Assembly (NCBI GenBank): GCA_964485755.1
Contig: CAZAKG010000001.1
Location: forward strand, 1 to 47,393
Source: an uncultured Candidatus Bathyarchaeia archaeon
GTDB taxonomy: Archaea > Thermoproteota > Bathyarchaeia > TCS64
DNA: 47,393 nucleotides
Reading direction: 5' to 3'
Shown: in pieces, positions 17,019 through 25,795 of the stretch
How the letters are laid out: each line of letters begins with the position of its first letter
Position numbering within the stretch: the stretch's first letter is position 1
Made by a program: the position numbers and the translations under genes
The notes under the pieces: generated by a model
What the model was told of the DNA's origin: nothing
What the model saw: only the letters and a program-made list of their open reading frames with translations
Databases searched by the model: none

Positions 17019-18468
17019 CCTCAGGCTCCTCCACGCCATGATGAAGGAGGAGTGGAGGCTCCACCAGAGCCTGGTCGGCCCCATGGGCTCCTCACTGTTC
17101 CCGGCGACGATCTTCGTGTTCACAGCCTTCCTAGCCCTGGTCGTGCCCCGGGTGTTGAGCCACATGCCCACAGGCACCATCCTGCTGATGCTGCACGCAG
17201 CCAGCATCCTATACGGCCTCTTCGTGGGCGGCTTCGGCTCCATAGGGGAGCACGTGATGACGAGGCGCCTGGGCCAGGTGAGCATGATCATGCAGATGCC
17301 TCAGACGTACCCGGTGAGCTTCCGCAGGATGATGGCCGTCTTCTACGCCAAGGACTCGGTGTTCTACCTCCTCTACAGCTACGTGCCTCTGACGCTGGGC
17401 CTCGCCGTGGCAGCCCCCGGGGCCGGGGTCAGCCTCGGCGGCGTGGCGATGCTTGGCCTCACCATGTTCCTCAGCTTCATGGTGGGTATGGGTCTCAGCT
17501 TCACCCTCTCAGCCGTGTCCGTCCGCAGCCGCCCCCTGTGGCTGCTGCTCAACGCCGCGGTGGCCGGGGCGGCCGCACTGGTCTACCCCCTGGGGCTGCT
17601 GTCCCCGGAGCAGATCATCCTGCCCCTTGCCTACTGGGCGGACAGGAGCACGTGGACGCTCGTGGTGTCCTCCGCCGTCTCTCTCGCCCTTGCATCGGTG
17701 GGTGTCGCCCTGATGAAGGAGCGGTACGAGACGCGGGAGAGCCGGAGCGGGTTCAGCTTCCTGGACTCGGAGAGCCTCTTCGGCTTCACGGGGGGCCTCA
17801 GGACCCTTGTGGCTAAGGAGTGGGCCGAGGTCAGGCGCACCGGTGCCCTGGCGCCGGTTGTGATGAGTTTCGCGGGCCACCTGCTGGCCATCTACGGGAT
17901 GAGCTGGGTATTCGAGGCCGGCGTCGGCGTGAGCCTGGGCTTCAACGTGGTATTCTACAGCGGCTTCGTGGGCTTCATGGGCGTCATGACGTACAGCTTC
18001 CTCACCAACTTGGAGCACAACGAATACCTGAACGTGCAGCCGGTGTCCGTGGACATGGTGGTGAAGGCCAAGCTGGTCATCTACTTCCTGTTGACTGCGG
18101 GGGTCTCGGCGGCATACGTTGTGGGCATCGGCGTCCTCAAGGGCCAGCTCCACCTGGTGCCCCTGGGGCTGCTGCTGGCGGCCGCCACCAGCGTCTACGT
18201 CGTAGGCGTCACCAGCTACCTCACCGGGCTCTGGACCAACACCATGTTCTTCGACGCCCGCGTCATACTCAAGTTCTGCGCCGCCGTGGTGCCCCCCATG
18301 ATCGTGGCAGAGATAGCGGCCCTCCTCACGCCCGTGTGGCCGGTCCAGGCGGCTCAGGTCGTCGTCGCGGTGTCGCTGCTGCTTTTGGTGGCATCCGCGC
18401 CCCTGCTTAGGCGCATGGAGCGCCGGTGGTCGGGGGCGTCCTTCAGCCTCATCAACGCAGGTAGCTGA
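17011..18468 (+). CDS. ABC-2-type transporter permease (large polytopic membrane protein)
   Basis: 485 aa with at least 10 hydrophobic helices. It overlaps the ATPase stop. The start is either TTG at 17011 or ATG at 17038. Confidence 0.75.
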   Translation: MLSLRLLHAMMKEEWRLHQSLVGPMGSSLFPATIFVFTAFLALVVPRVLSHMPTGTILLMLHAASILYGLFVGGFGSIGEHVMTRRLGQVSMIMQMPQTYPVSFRRMMAVFYAKDSVFYLLYSYVPLTLGLAVAAPGAGVSLGGVAMLGLTMFLSFMVGMGLSFTLSAVSVRSRPLWLLLNAAVAGAAALVYPLGLLSPEQIILPLAYWADRSTWTLVVSSAVSLALASVGVALMKERYETRESRSGFSFLDSESLFGFTGGLRTLVAKEWAEVRRTGALAPVVMSFAGHLLAIYGMSWVFEAGVGVSLGFNVVFYSGFVGFMGVMTYSFLTNLEHNEYLNVQPVSVDMVVKAKLVIYFLLTAGVSAAYVVGIGVLKGQLHLVPLGLLLAAATSVYVVGVTSYLTGLWTNTMFFDARVILKFCAAVVPPMIVAEIAALLTPVWPVQAAQVVVAVSLLLLVASAPLLRRMERRWSGASFSLINAGS

Positions 18469-18524
18469 GCGTCACACCCGCCTGTGTAGTCGGCCAAAAA
18501 ATATTCTGATGGGAAAAAGGTTGG

Positions 18525-19094
18525 CTACGCAGCGGCCCCCGCGGCCGCCCCCGGCTGCCCGGGCTTGGGGTAGAAGGGCGCGTTCGGGGGGACCACGAAG
18601 ACCCTGGCCCCCATCTCCCTGTCCAGCATGAGGACGGCCTGGGCCTGGTCTCCCGCGATCTCCAGCTGCTGGACGGCCTGGCTGGTGTTGGCCTCCTCCT
18701 CCACCTGCTCGTCCACGAACCATTGGAGCATCTTCCACGTGGCGTTGTCGTTCAGCTCCTGGGCCACCTTGGCCATCTGGTTGATGCGGCCAGTGATGTG
18801 CTGCTCGTGGGCGTAGGCGCCCCTGAAGACGTCCAGGGGCCCCTTCCACTCCTTCGGCGGCTTCGCTATGGCCCCCAGCTCCACCTGGGTCTGCCTCTCG
18901 AGGATGAAGTTGTAGAAGACGTCTGCGTGTATCTTCTCCTCCCTGGCCTGCACCCTGAGCCATGTGGCCATGCCCTTGTAGCCCTTGTATTCCAGGTGCG
19001 CGGCCATGGCCTCGTAGATGTACATGCTGTAGAGCTCCTCGTTTATCTGCTGGTTGAGCTCCTTGAGCATCTTATCAGGTATCATGACAATCAA
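18525..19094 (-). CDS. ferritin
   Basis: 189 aa. Ferroxidase-centre contexts are ELYSMYIYEAMAAHLE, QAREEKIHADVF and EQVEEE. An unusual Pro/Ala/Gly-rich tail of about 25 aa reads VVPPNAPFYPKPGQPGAAAGAAA. T-runs follow the stop on the minus strand. Confidence 0.85.
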   Translation of the reverse strand: MIVMIPDKMLKELNQQINEELYSMYIYEAMAAHLEYKGYKGMATWLRVQAREEKIHADVFYNFILERQTQVELGAIAKPPKEWKGPLDVFRGAYAHEQHITGRINQMAKVAQELNDNATWKMLQWFVDEQVEEEANTSQAVQQLEIAGDQAQAVLMLDREMGARVFVVPPNAPFYPKPGQPGAAAGAAA

Positions 19095-19137
19095 TGTGGG
19101 TGGGGAACCGCAGCATAAAAAAGGTGAGTTAGCCCAG

Positions 19138-19905
19138 CTACTTGCGGCTGACGACCAGCGTGATGAGCTCGTCGTTCCTGACGGGTTTGCCGCCGCTCTC
19201 CTCCCTGTAGCGCAGCAGCTCGGCTACGCCCCTCCTGAGCCCCTCATCGGTTATGGGCCTGAACATGCTCCACAGCTTCTTCTCCGCTATCTCCACGAAC
19301 TCCTCCACGGCTTGGTAGCGTTCCAGGCTGTACTCGTGGAACACGGTCTCCTTGAAGCCCGCGTTCCTGAAGTAGGTGCGGAAGTCGTGGTTGCTGGGGT
19401 AGACCCGGAGCTGGTTGGCCTTGATCTCCGGGAAGTACCTGAACACCACCTTCTGGTGCAGCTGGCCGTGGCTTATGGTGCGGATGACGTAGCAGCCCCC
19501 GTCCCTGAGGACCCGGCCGCTGTCGTCCGCGGTCCCCTGCTTGTCCTCTATGTGGTGCCAGACCTGGCTGCTGAATATGCAGTCCAGGGCGCCTGGGCGT
19601 AGGGGGAGCCACTCACCCATCCCGGTGAACCAGTGGACGCCGCGGCTCTTCTCGCGGGCCTGTCCCAGCATCCCGGCCACCGGGTCCATGCCAAGCATGG
19701 TGCACCTCGCCTCCCTCACTATGCCCACCGTGTAGATGCCGGTGCCGCAGCCCAGGTCCAGCACCAGGGAGCCCTCGTCGAGCCCGGCCAGCCTCCTGGT
19801 CTCCTGGGCCCAGAGCTCTACGTTCTCGCTGCTGCGGCCCTTATCGTACTCCTTGGCTATCCGGGTGAACTCCTTCCCCGACTCCCTGCTGTAGCCGCGG
19901 CTCAT
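19138..19905 (-). CDS. class I SAM-dependent methyltransferase
   Basis: 255 aa with motif I VLDLGCGTGIYT and post-I and II contexts (MLGMDPV, DCIFSSQVWHH). Confidence 0.85.
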   Translation of the reverse strand: MSRGYSRESGKEFTRIAKEYDKGRSSENVELWAQETRRLAGLDEGSLVLDLGCGTGIYTVGIVREARCTMLGMDPVAGMLGQAREKSRGVHWFTGMGEWLPLRPGALDCIFSSQVWHHIEDKQGTADDSGRVLRDGGCYVIRTISHGQLHQKVVFRYFPEIKANQLRVYPSNHDFRTYFRNAGFKETVFHEYSLERYQAVEEFVEIAEKKLWSMFRPITDEGLRRGVAELLRYREESGGKPVRNDELITLVVSRK

Positions 19906-20034
19906 GGAGTTGAGGTACGCTGAATGAGGATAAAAGAGCTAGGGGAGGCAAAAGCCTTGAGGGCCTGGCTGCGCGTTCGCCCACAGCCGGGAACCGTTCA
20001 AGCCTACTCTCCGGGTGCGACGGCGGTCTACGGC

Positions 20035-20049
20035 AAATATTAATATAAG
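20035..20049 (+). promoter_or_regulatory. TATA-box-like element for tRNA-Asn
   Basis: AAATATTAATATAAG is centred about 30 nt upstream of tRNA position 1 (20074), the archaeal promoter spacing. Confidence 0.5.
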
Positions 20050-20073
20050 CACCCGTAATATTTGGGAGCGCGA

Positions 20074-20151
20074 GCCGCCATAGCTCAGCTCGGTTAGAGC
20101 GTCTGCCTGTTAAGCAGTTGGCCTTCGGTTCAAATCCGAATGGCGGCGCCA
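20074..20151 (+). tRNA. tRNA-Asn (anticodon GTT), CCA encoded
   Basis: It folds by eye into a cloverleaf. The acceptor is GCCGCCA/TGGCGGC and the D arm is GCTC-AGCTCGGTTA-GAGC. The anticodon loop CTGTTAA gives anticodon GTT. The T arm is TTCGG-TTCAAAT-CCGAA, with discriminator G followed by CCA. Confidence 0.9.
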
Positions 20152-20157
20152 CCCACC

Positions 20158-20994
20158 CTAAAGTATCTCGACGGCGGTGAAGCTGAACTGGTTGACCTCC
20201 CCAGTCACCGTGTTCACGTTCGCCTTGGCCTCCAGCCTCATCTTGTTCACGGTGACCGAGGCCGCCGTGAACTCCAGGTCCGTGTACGCCTCCAGCCGCA
20301 CCTGGTATATTCCTGTCGCCATCTTGGACACCGATGCCTTGTTCCACACAATCCTCCCCATCTTGCCGTCCACCACTGGCGTTAGCAGGTTCTTGGCAGT
20401 GGTCTCCCCGAAGGACTTCACCCACGTGTCGTAGGCCACGTTCTTCGCCACCAGGGCCGCGTGGATCTGGGCCGTCAGCGTCACCACGTTGGTCTGCCCC
20501 GGGTTAGCCACGTAGGCGTAGAGCCTGTCCAGCGCGACGACCTGGGACAGCCTGTCCTGGGCGCTGCTCAGCTGGGTGTTAACGTCCTGGAAGCTCGTCT
20601 TCACCTGGGTGAAGTCGGCCACCATCTGGGCCCAGTCCTCGTCCACGGTCACCATGTCCTGCTCGAGGCCCGTCAGCTTTCCCTGCACTTGGCTGAGGCT
20701 GATCTCCATGGCTGCTATCCTGGTACCCATGCCCGACATGGCGTCGCTGAGCATGATTATGGTGTCGAGGGTGTCCTGGATGGCGCCTATGCTCTGGTTC
20801 AGGTGAGCCAGCTGGGCGTCCATCTTGGCTAGGCTGTCCTCCACCTCCAGGACGCGGTCCTCTATGCCCTGGTTGCTCTCCCGGACCATCTGGGGGTAGA
20901 ATATGGCGTACCCTGAGCCCAGGCCCAGGCTGGCGCCCAGGATGAGGCCGATGATGACCAGGGCTAGAGGCTTGGAGGATGAACTTGCCTGCAT
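20158..20994 (-). CDS. membrane-anchored coiled-coil protein, hypothetical
   Basis: The track ORF extends to 21054 and would overlap thiL by 22 nt. The ATG at 20994 (MQASSSSKPLALVIIGLILGASLGLG) gives an N-terminal TM helix. About 130 aa of heptad-like sequence follow, then a beta-rich C-terminal domain. The stop lies 6 nt from the tRNA-Asn 3' end. Confidence 0.6.
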   Translation of the reverse strand: MQASSSSKPLALVIIGLILGASLGLGSGYAIFYPQMVRESNQGIEDRVLEVEDSLAKMDAQLAHLNQSIGAIQDTLDTIIMLSDAMSGMGTRIAAMEISLSQVQGKLTGLEQDMVTVDEDWAQMVADFTQVKTSFQDVNTQLSSAQDRLSQVVALDRLYAYVANPGQTNVVTLTAQIHAALVAKNVAYDTWVKSFGETTAKNLLTPVVDGKMGRIVWNKASVSKMATGIYQVRLEAYTDLEFTAASVTVNKMRLEAKANVNTVTGEVNQFSFTAVEIL

Positions 20995-21032
20995 GAGTTG
21001 TACTCCAGGTTCAGGCAGATAAAGGTTTGACG

Positions 21033-22046
21033 TCAGCCAGTGAAGTGTATCCATCCGCCGGGCCTTATGGGCCTCTCCTCGCCCCCACGGCTCAGCAATA
21101 TGTCCTTCTCCTCGGTGGCCTCACCGATCACCCTGAGTGTGCAGCCCACGCCGCCCAGGGCCGCCCTCACCGCCTCCAGGCCCTCAGGCTTGAACGTGAA
21201 GACAAGCTCGTACTCCTCGCCGCCGTAGAGGGCCAGGTCCACGGGGTCCAGGCCATGGTGCCCCGCGAACGCGGCCGCGGCCGGGTGGACGGGGAGCTCC
21301 TTGACTCTGTAGCCGAGGCCTGTGCTCCTCTGCATGTCGTGGAGGCTGACGCCTAGGCCGTCGCTGCTGTCCATGCAGCCCGTGACGGCGCCCGTCATGC
21401 TAAGGGCCACGCCCTCCCATATCCTGGCCGTGGGCATGTAGACCGAGGCCAGGACGGGCTTGCTTATCTCCTTGGGCAGCTCGTAGCCCTCTAGCAGGTG
21501 CTTGAAGCCCGCTGAGGTTAACCCGAAGTCGCCTGTCGTGGCCAGGAGGTCGCCGGGCTGGGCTCCTCCGGCCCTCCTCATGATCCTCTTCTGCACCACG
21601 ACCCCGAAGGCGATCCCTGACACTATGATGTCGCAGGCCTCGTTTGTGTCTCCGCCCACGACGTGTGCGCCGTAGAGCCTGGACCCCGCCTCGAAGCCTT
21701 TAGCTAGCTCCTCCACAGTCTCGACGGGCGTGTCCCCCGGGACGGCCAGGTCGGCCATGAAGGCCATGGGCGGGACGCCTTTGGCTCCCAGGTCGCTCAC
21801 GTTCATGACCACCGCCTTCCTTGCTGCCTGGAACGGCGTCATACCGGCGGGGACGTCGGTGCTCCACACCAGCATGTCCGTGTTGATGACGAGGGCCCGG
21901 CCGTCCCCGAGGCTGATGGCGCTGGCGTCGTCCCAGAAGGGTATGGGCATGCCGGGCATCACGGTGAGGTGCCTCATCATCCTGACGATGAGCTCCCTCT
22001 CCCCTATGTCTCTAGCTGTGGCCACGTTTATCCAGATACGGTTCAC
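21033..22046 (-). CDS. thiL: thiamine-monophosphate kinase (AIR synthase-related family)
   Basis: 337 aa. Motifs are GERELI, DDASAISLGDGRALVINTDMLV, AVVMNVSDLGAKG and VGGDTN, matching the ThiL pattern of the PurM-like fold. Confidence 0.8.
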   Translation of the reverse strand: MNRIWINVATARDIGERELIVRMMRHLTVMPGMPIPFWDDASAISLGDGRALVINTDMLVWSTDVPAGMTPFQAARKAVVMNVSDLGAKGVPPMAFMADLAVPGDTPVETVEELAKGFEAGSRLYGAHVVGGDTNEACDIIVSGIAFGVVVQKRIMRRAGGAQPGDLLATTGDFGLTSAGFKHLLEGYELPKEISKPVLASVYMPTARIWEGVALSMTGAVTGCMDSSDGLGVSLHDMQRSTGLGYRVKELPVHPAAAAFAGHHGLDPVDLALYGGEEYELVFTFKPEGLEAVRAALGGVGCTLRVIGEATEEKDILLSRGGEERPIRPGGWIHFTG

Positions 22047-22108
22047 CGGCCCGGTGTTTAAGGTTCACGCCACAGGTAAACGTCAAATAGAGGGGGTAAA
22101 CATGTACT

Positions 22109-23290
22109 GTGATTGCTTTGCCTGAAATGAAGATGCCGCTGGAGGACATCAGGGTCCTGGACCTGACCCACGTCTGGTTCGGGCCCTGGTGCACCATGAT
22201 GATGGCCGACATGGGGGCCGAGGTCATAAGGGTCGAGCCCCCGTGGGGCGCAATAGACAGGCTCGCCGAGGGCGCCCTCTTCGGGGGTGCCAGCTACACG
22301 TTCCACCACCTGAACCTGAACAAGAAGGACCTGACCCTCAACCTGAAGGACCCCGAGGGACTGGCCATATTCAAGGAGCTGGTGAAGAAGAGCGACGTGG
22401 TGGTCCAGAACTTCAGCCCCGGCACCATGGAGGACCTGGGCCTGGGCTACGATGTGCTGAAGGAGCTGAACCCCAGCGTCATCTACGCGGCCCTCAGCGG
22501 CTTCGGCCAGTACGGCCCCTACAGGGAGTGGAGGAGCTACGCCATGATCGCGGAGGCCATGAGCGGCCACACGATGCTCACCGGCGAGAACCATGACCCC
22601 AAGGGTCCTCCGATTGAGATGGCTCAGGCCTACGGGGACCTGGGCCCAGGCACCATGGCGGTGATGTCCATACTCATGGCGCTGAGGTACAGGGACAAGA
22701 CCGGGAAGGGCCAGATGATCGACGTGGCCCAGCTGGACTGCATGGTGGCCTACAACACGGCCATCACCGGCTACCTGCTATCCGGCCTGAAGCCCCTGGA
22801 GCTCCGGGAGAAGTACCCGCGGGGCAGGGGCGCCGGCGGGATATTCAAGACCAAGGACGAGAAGTGGATCAGGATGACGGCCTTCGGGCCCAGGGCCATG
22901 GACAGGATAGTGAAGCACATGGGGGTCGAGTACGACCAGGTCACAGAGGAGATGCTGCGGGAGAAGACGGCCGCCATGACGCGGGACGAGGCCGTGGCCT
23001 ACTACACGGGCATGGAGCTTCCCTGCGCCCCCATCCTCCACGTGGACGAGACGGTGGCTGACCCCCACGTAAACGCCCGCGACATGTTCATGGAGATGGA
23101 CCACCCCAAGGCAGGCAGGATCAAGCTCATCAAGTTCCCCGTCAAGTTCTCGTTGACGCCGGCCCAGATGAAGACGCCGGCCCCCGTCCTGGGGCAGCAC
23201 AACAACGAGGTGCTGGGCAAGCTCCTAGGCTACAGTGATGAGAAGATCAAGGAGCTGGTCTCCAAGGGCATTATAAGCTACCCGGGTTAG
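22109..23290 (+). CDS. family III CoA-transferase (CaiB/BaiF-like)
   Basis: 393 aa. The N-terminus IRVLDLTHVWFGPWCTMMMADMGAEVIRVE and the later NFSPG...LGLGY are diagnostic of family III. The start is GTG at 22109 or ATG at 22127. Confidence 0.85.
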   Translation: MIALPEMKMPLEDIRVLDLTHVWFGPWCTMMMADMGAEVIRVEPPWGAIDRLAEGALFGGASYTFHHLNLNKKDLTLNLKDPEGLAIFKELVKKSDVVVQNFSPGTMEDLGLGYDVLKELNPSVIYAALSGFGQYGPYREWRSYAMIAEAMSGHTMLTGENHDPKGPPIEMAQAYGDLGPGTMAVMSILMALRYRDKTGKGQMIDVAQLDCMVAYNTAITGYLLSGLKPLELREKYPRGRGAGGIFKTKDEKWIRMTAFGPRAMDRIVKHMGVEYDQVTEEMLREKTAAMTRDEAVAYYTGMELPCAPILHVDETVADPHVNARDMFMEMDHPKAGRIKLIKFPVKFSLTPAQMKTPAPVLGQHNNEVLGKLLGYSDEKIKELVSKGIISYPG

Positions 23291-23303
23291 CCGGATAGCA
23301 TCT

Positions 23304-23312
23304 CTTAAATTC
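23304..23312 (+). promoter_or_regulatory. TATA-box-like element for tRNA-Thr(CGU)
   Basis: CTTAAATTC lies 25-33 nt upstream of tRNA position 1 (23337). Confidence 0.4.
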
Positions 23313-23336
23313 TTATCCTATGTTATGGTTCATGGC

Positions 23337-23412
23337 GCCCCGGTAGCTCAGCGGTCAGAGCGGCAGCCTCGTAAGTTGTAGGTCGCGGGTCCGAATCCCG
23401 CTCGGGGCTCCA
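23337..23412 (+). tRNA. tRNA-Thr (anticodon CGT), CCA encoded
   Basis: The acceptor is GCCCCGG/TCGGGGC (with a G-T closing pair) and the D arm is GCTC-AGCGGTCA-GAGC. The anticodon stem is GCAGC/GTTGT and the loop CTCGTAA gives CGT. The T arm is GCGGG-TCCGAAT-CCCGC, with discriminator T followed by CCA. Confidence 0.9.
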
Positions 23413-23495
23413 TATCCATTACCTGCACTAGCCGATCCTCCCTTTTCGAGGGGGCGTAAAGACTTCTTTTAATACTGCCAACCCACGTTCAATGT

Positions 23496-24197
23496 ATGCC
23501 TAAATGTCCTAAATGTGGGGGCGAGGTCAAAGAGGACGCCTCCTTCTGCCCATTCTGTGGGAACAACCTGAAGACCGGCGAGATTGGCGCCGGGGCACCA
23601 GGGGAGAGGAAAAGAGGCTACGCTGAGCACCTGACGATCGGGTTCAACGTAGCGATCCAGAACCCCATGGTGTTCGTACCAACCATACTAGCCGGGTTGA
23701 TCTCATCCGGCATGAACTGGCTGGGCCAGGGCACCCCAGGCTTTATACCCCTCTTGGTGTCCGTAGTCGCCTCGATAGTGTCCTTCCTGCTCTCCTTCGC
23801 GTCCCTCGACATGTCCAGGGACGCCTACAACAAGCAGCCTCTGAACCTACAGGAGAGCGTAGGGTACGTCTCGGGCAGGTTCCTGCAGTTCTTCGTGGCT
23901 TCAATAGTCGGGGGGTTAATGGCCATAACCATAATACTGATCCCTGTGGTCGTCCTCATGTTCAGCATAATGGTCATCGATGAGACCGGCCTGACCGACG
24001 CCCTCTCCAAGGCCTTCAAGGTCGTGGGCGCCGACCTCGCGGACATTGTGCTCATCCTACTCGTGAACATCCTCGGGTTCGTCGTCATCGGCTTCGTTCC
24101 ACTGGTGTCGGGTCTCCTCGTCTCGGCCCTCAACGTGGTTATCGGCCTAGCCTTCATCGACCTGTACCATAACTACAAGGGATCGGCGCAGGGATAG
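23496..24197 (+). CDS. zinc-ribbon domain membrane protein
   Basis: 233 aa. The N-terminal C-x2-C-x12-C-x2-C ribbon (CPKCGGEVKEDASFCPFCG) is followed by four or five hydrophobic helices. Confidence 0.7.
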   Translation: MPKCPKCGGEVKEDASFCPFCGNNLKTGEIGAGAPGERKRGYAEHLTIGFNVAIQNPMVFVPTILAGLISSGMNWLGQGTPGFIPLLVSVVASIVSFLLSFASLDMSRDAYNKQPLNLQESVGYVSGRFLQFFVASIVGGLMAITIILIPVVVLMFSIMVIDETGLTDALSKAFKVVGADLADIVLILLVNILGFVVIGFVPLVSGLLVSALNVVIGLAFIDLYHNYKGSAQG

Positions 24198-24235
24198 TGT
24201 CAGAGTACCCGTGGGGCACGGCTCCCACGTCATCA

Positions 24236-24292
24236 TCCAGTGGTCAGAGCGGCAGCCTCGTAAGTCGCGGACCTGAATTCCACTCGGCATCC
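24236..24292 (+). pseudogene. decayed partial copy of tRNA-Thr(CGU), lacking the 5' acceptor strand and 7 nt
   Basis: 24242-24265 is identical over 24 nt to 23353-23376 (D loop to anticodon loop). The next 7 nt of the tRNA (TGTAGGT) are missing. The remainder aligns at about 18 of 27 positions and includes a compensatory G-C to A-T change in the T stem. Confidence 0.75.
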
Positions 24293-24343
24293 TGCCCTTA
24301 ACCTTTAAGTTGTAAAAAACCTACAATCATACATTCTCGGTGA

Positions 24344-25633
24344 ATGAACTTGGCAATGACGCGCGACAATGTAATAGAAGCGGCGGGGGGCATTCTTTGT
24401 AGAATGGAAGGGGACAAGCAACTAATTGCTCTAGTCCACAGGACGCGATACGGCGGTGAATGGACTCTGCCCAAAGGGAAAAGAAATGAAGACGAGTCAT
24501 GGATCGAGGCCGCTAAAAGGGAGATATCAGAGGAAACCGGATGCGAGGATGTCAGTGTCGGCGAGTTAGCGGGAATCCTTCATTACCCTGTGGATGGGGG
24601 CATCAAAATCGTCTTGTTCTGGAACATGGAGCCAACCGGAAAATGCGAGTTCAAGAAAAGCCAAGAGGTCGACGATGTCAAATGGCTGCCCCCCGCAGAG
24701 GCTGTAAAGATGCTTAGATACGAGAAAGAGCGTTCACTGATCCAAGATACATTTAAGATCACCTCAACGCAGGCCAAACTGCCACAGAGAAAATGTATCA
24801 AATCTCTGAACCATAAACGACTTGACGCGGCGATCGGCCCCTTCAAGCTTGAAATAGATAGCTTGATCGCCGAGAAACTTGTGAAAAAAGAGGACCTATA
24901 CCCCATCGCAGAGTACGTTAATGAGATGTTGAGAAAAGCTGAGCTTGCCTCAGCAGCGAACGAGGTTGAGTTGGGTTGGAGGTATCTCCTTGAAGCGGAG
25001 CTACTTAGCCTTTACCTCAGAGACAGAGAGTACTTGATGGCTACCGCTAAAATTACTTTGGACGAAGCGGAGGAGAAGTTGGACGCTTGGAGGAAAAATG
25101 CAGTAAGACACTTGCTTGGAGATGAAAATGCAGCGCCATACACTGGAGAGGATGTGGATAAACTTATAGTTGCTAGAAGGGTGCTACAGGAGCACCATAA
25201 CAACACTTGGGTAAAGACCAACACCGCCCAGTTCCAGCTCAAAATCCTTTCTGCAGCGGGCTTCTTAGTTCTTATCGTAAGCGTGTGGTTCCTATCCATG
25301 ATCATGAAGGACAGCCGCTACTTCCAGTGGGAATTCCTCATCACCGTTGCCTTGATAGGTGCCTGCGGCGGGGTCATCAGCGGCATATTCTCCGTCGCCC
25401 GAGGCTCCTCTAAAAAGAAGATACCCAACCAGATACTGGACTCATGGGTAACGTTGCTGCGTCCCCTTGTGGGAGCTATCTCAGCGCTTGCGGTGCTCCT
25501 GTTCCTCGTTTCAGGGATGGTCCACTTCGGTGAACTAAGCGAGCACCTTATATTCGCAATAGCCTTCACGTCAGGTTTCTCGGAGAGGATTATTGTCAGT
25601 GCCGTTGAAACCAGCGAAAAAGGAAAATCGTAG
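24344..25633 (+). CDS. Nudix hydrolase fused to a helical linker and a C-terminal 4-TM module
   Basis: 429 aa. It has a perfect Nudix box G45-x5-E-x7-REISEETGC. Residues of about 130-300 are helical and charged. Four hydrophobic helices form the last 130 aa or so (ILSAAGFLVLIVSVWFLSMI, FLITVALIGACGGVISGIFSV, LRPLVGAISALAVLLFLVSGMV, LIFAIAFTSGF). G+C is visibly lower than in the flanking genes. Confidence 0.8.
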   Translation: MNLAMTRDNVIEAAGGILCRMEGDKQLIALVHRTRYGGEWTLPKGKRNEDESWIEAAKREISEETGCEDVSVGELAGILHYPVDGGIKIVLFWNMEPTGKCEFKKSQEVDDVKWLPPAEAVKMLRYEKERSLIQDTFKITSTQAKLPQRKCIKSLNHKRLDAAIGPFKLEIDSLIAEKLVKKEDLYPIAEYVNEMLRKAELASAANEVELGWRYLLEAELLSLYLRDREYLMATAKITLDEAEEKLDAWRKNAVRHLLGDENAAPYTGEDVDKLIVARRVLQEHHNNTWVKTNTAQFQLKILSAAGFLVLIVSVWFLSMIMKDSRYFQWEFLITVALIGACGGVISGIFSVARGSSKKKIPNQILDSWVTLLRPLVGAISALAVLLFLVSGMVHFGELSEHLIFAIAFTSGFSERIIVSAVETSEKGKS

Positions 25634-25795
25634 CAATTCATCCACTCATCGTTTCTTTGTGGCATGAAGTCGGCGTGCTCCTACTCTTATGGGCTGCTCG
25701 ACTTGCCCAGCGAGCCAAGGTAAGGAAAACCATCACATATCCAGTTACCAATACGCATTTAGGTGCCCGTTTTTAACTTCACCTTGGTGTAAACA

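Noticed and set aside
19841-20425. The 194-aa ORF (-) spanning tRNA-Asn, and the 109-aa ORF 29242..29571 (-) spanning tRNA-Thr(UGU).
   Set aside because: They run through well-folding tRNA genes and their promoters, and the translations are low-complexity.
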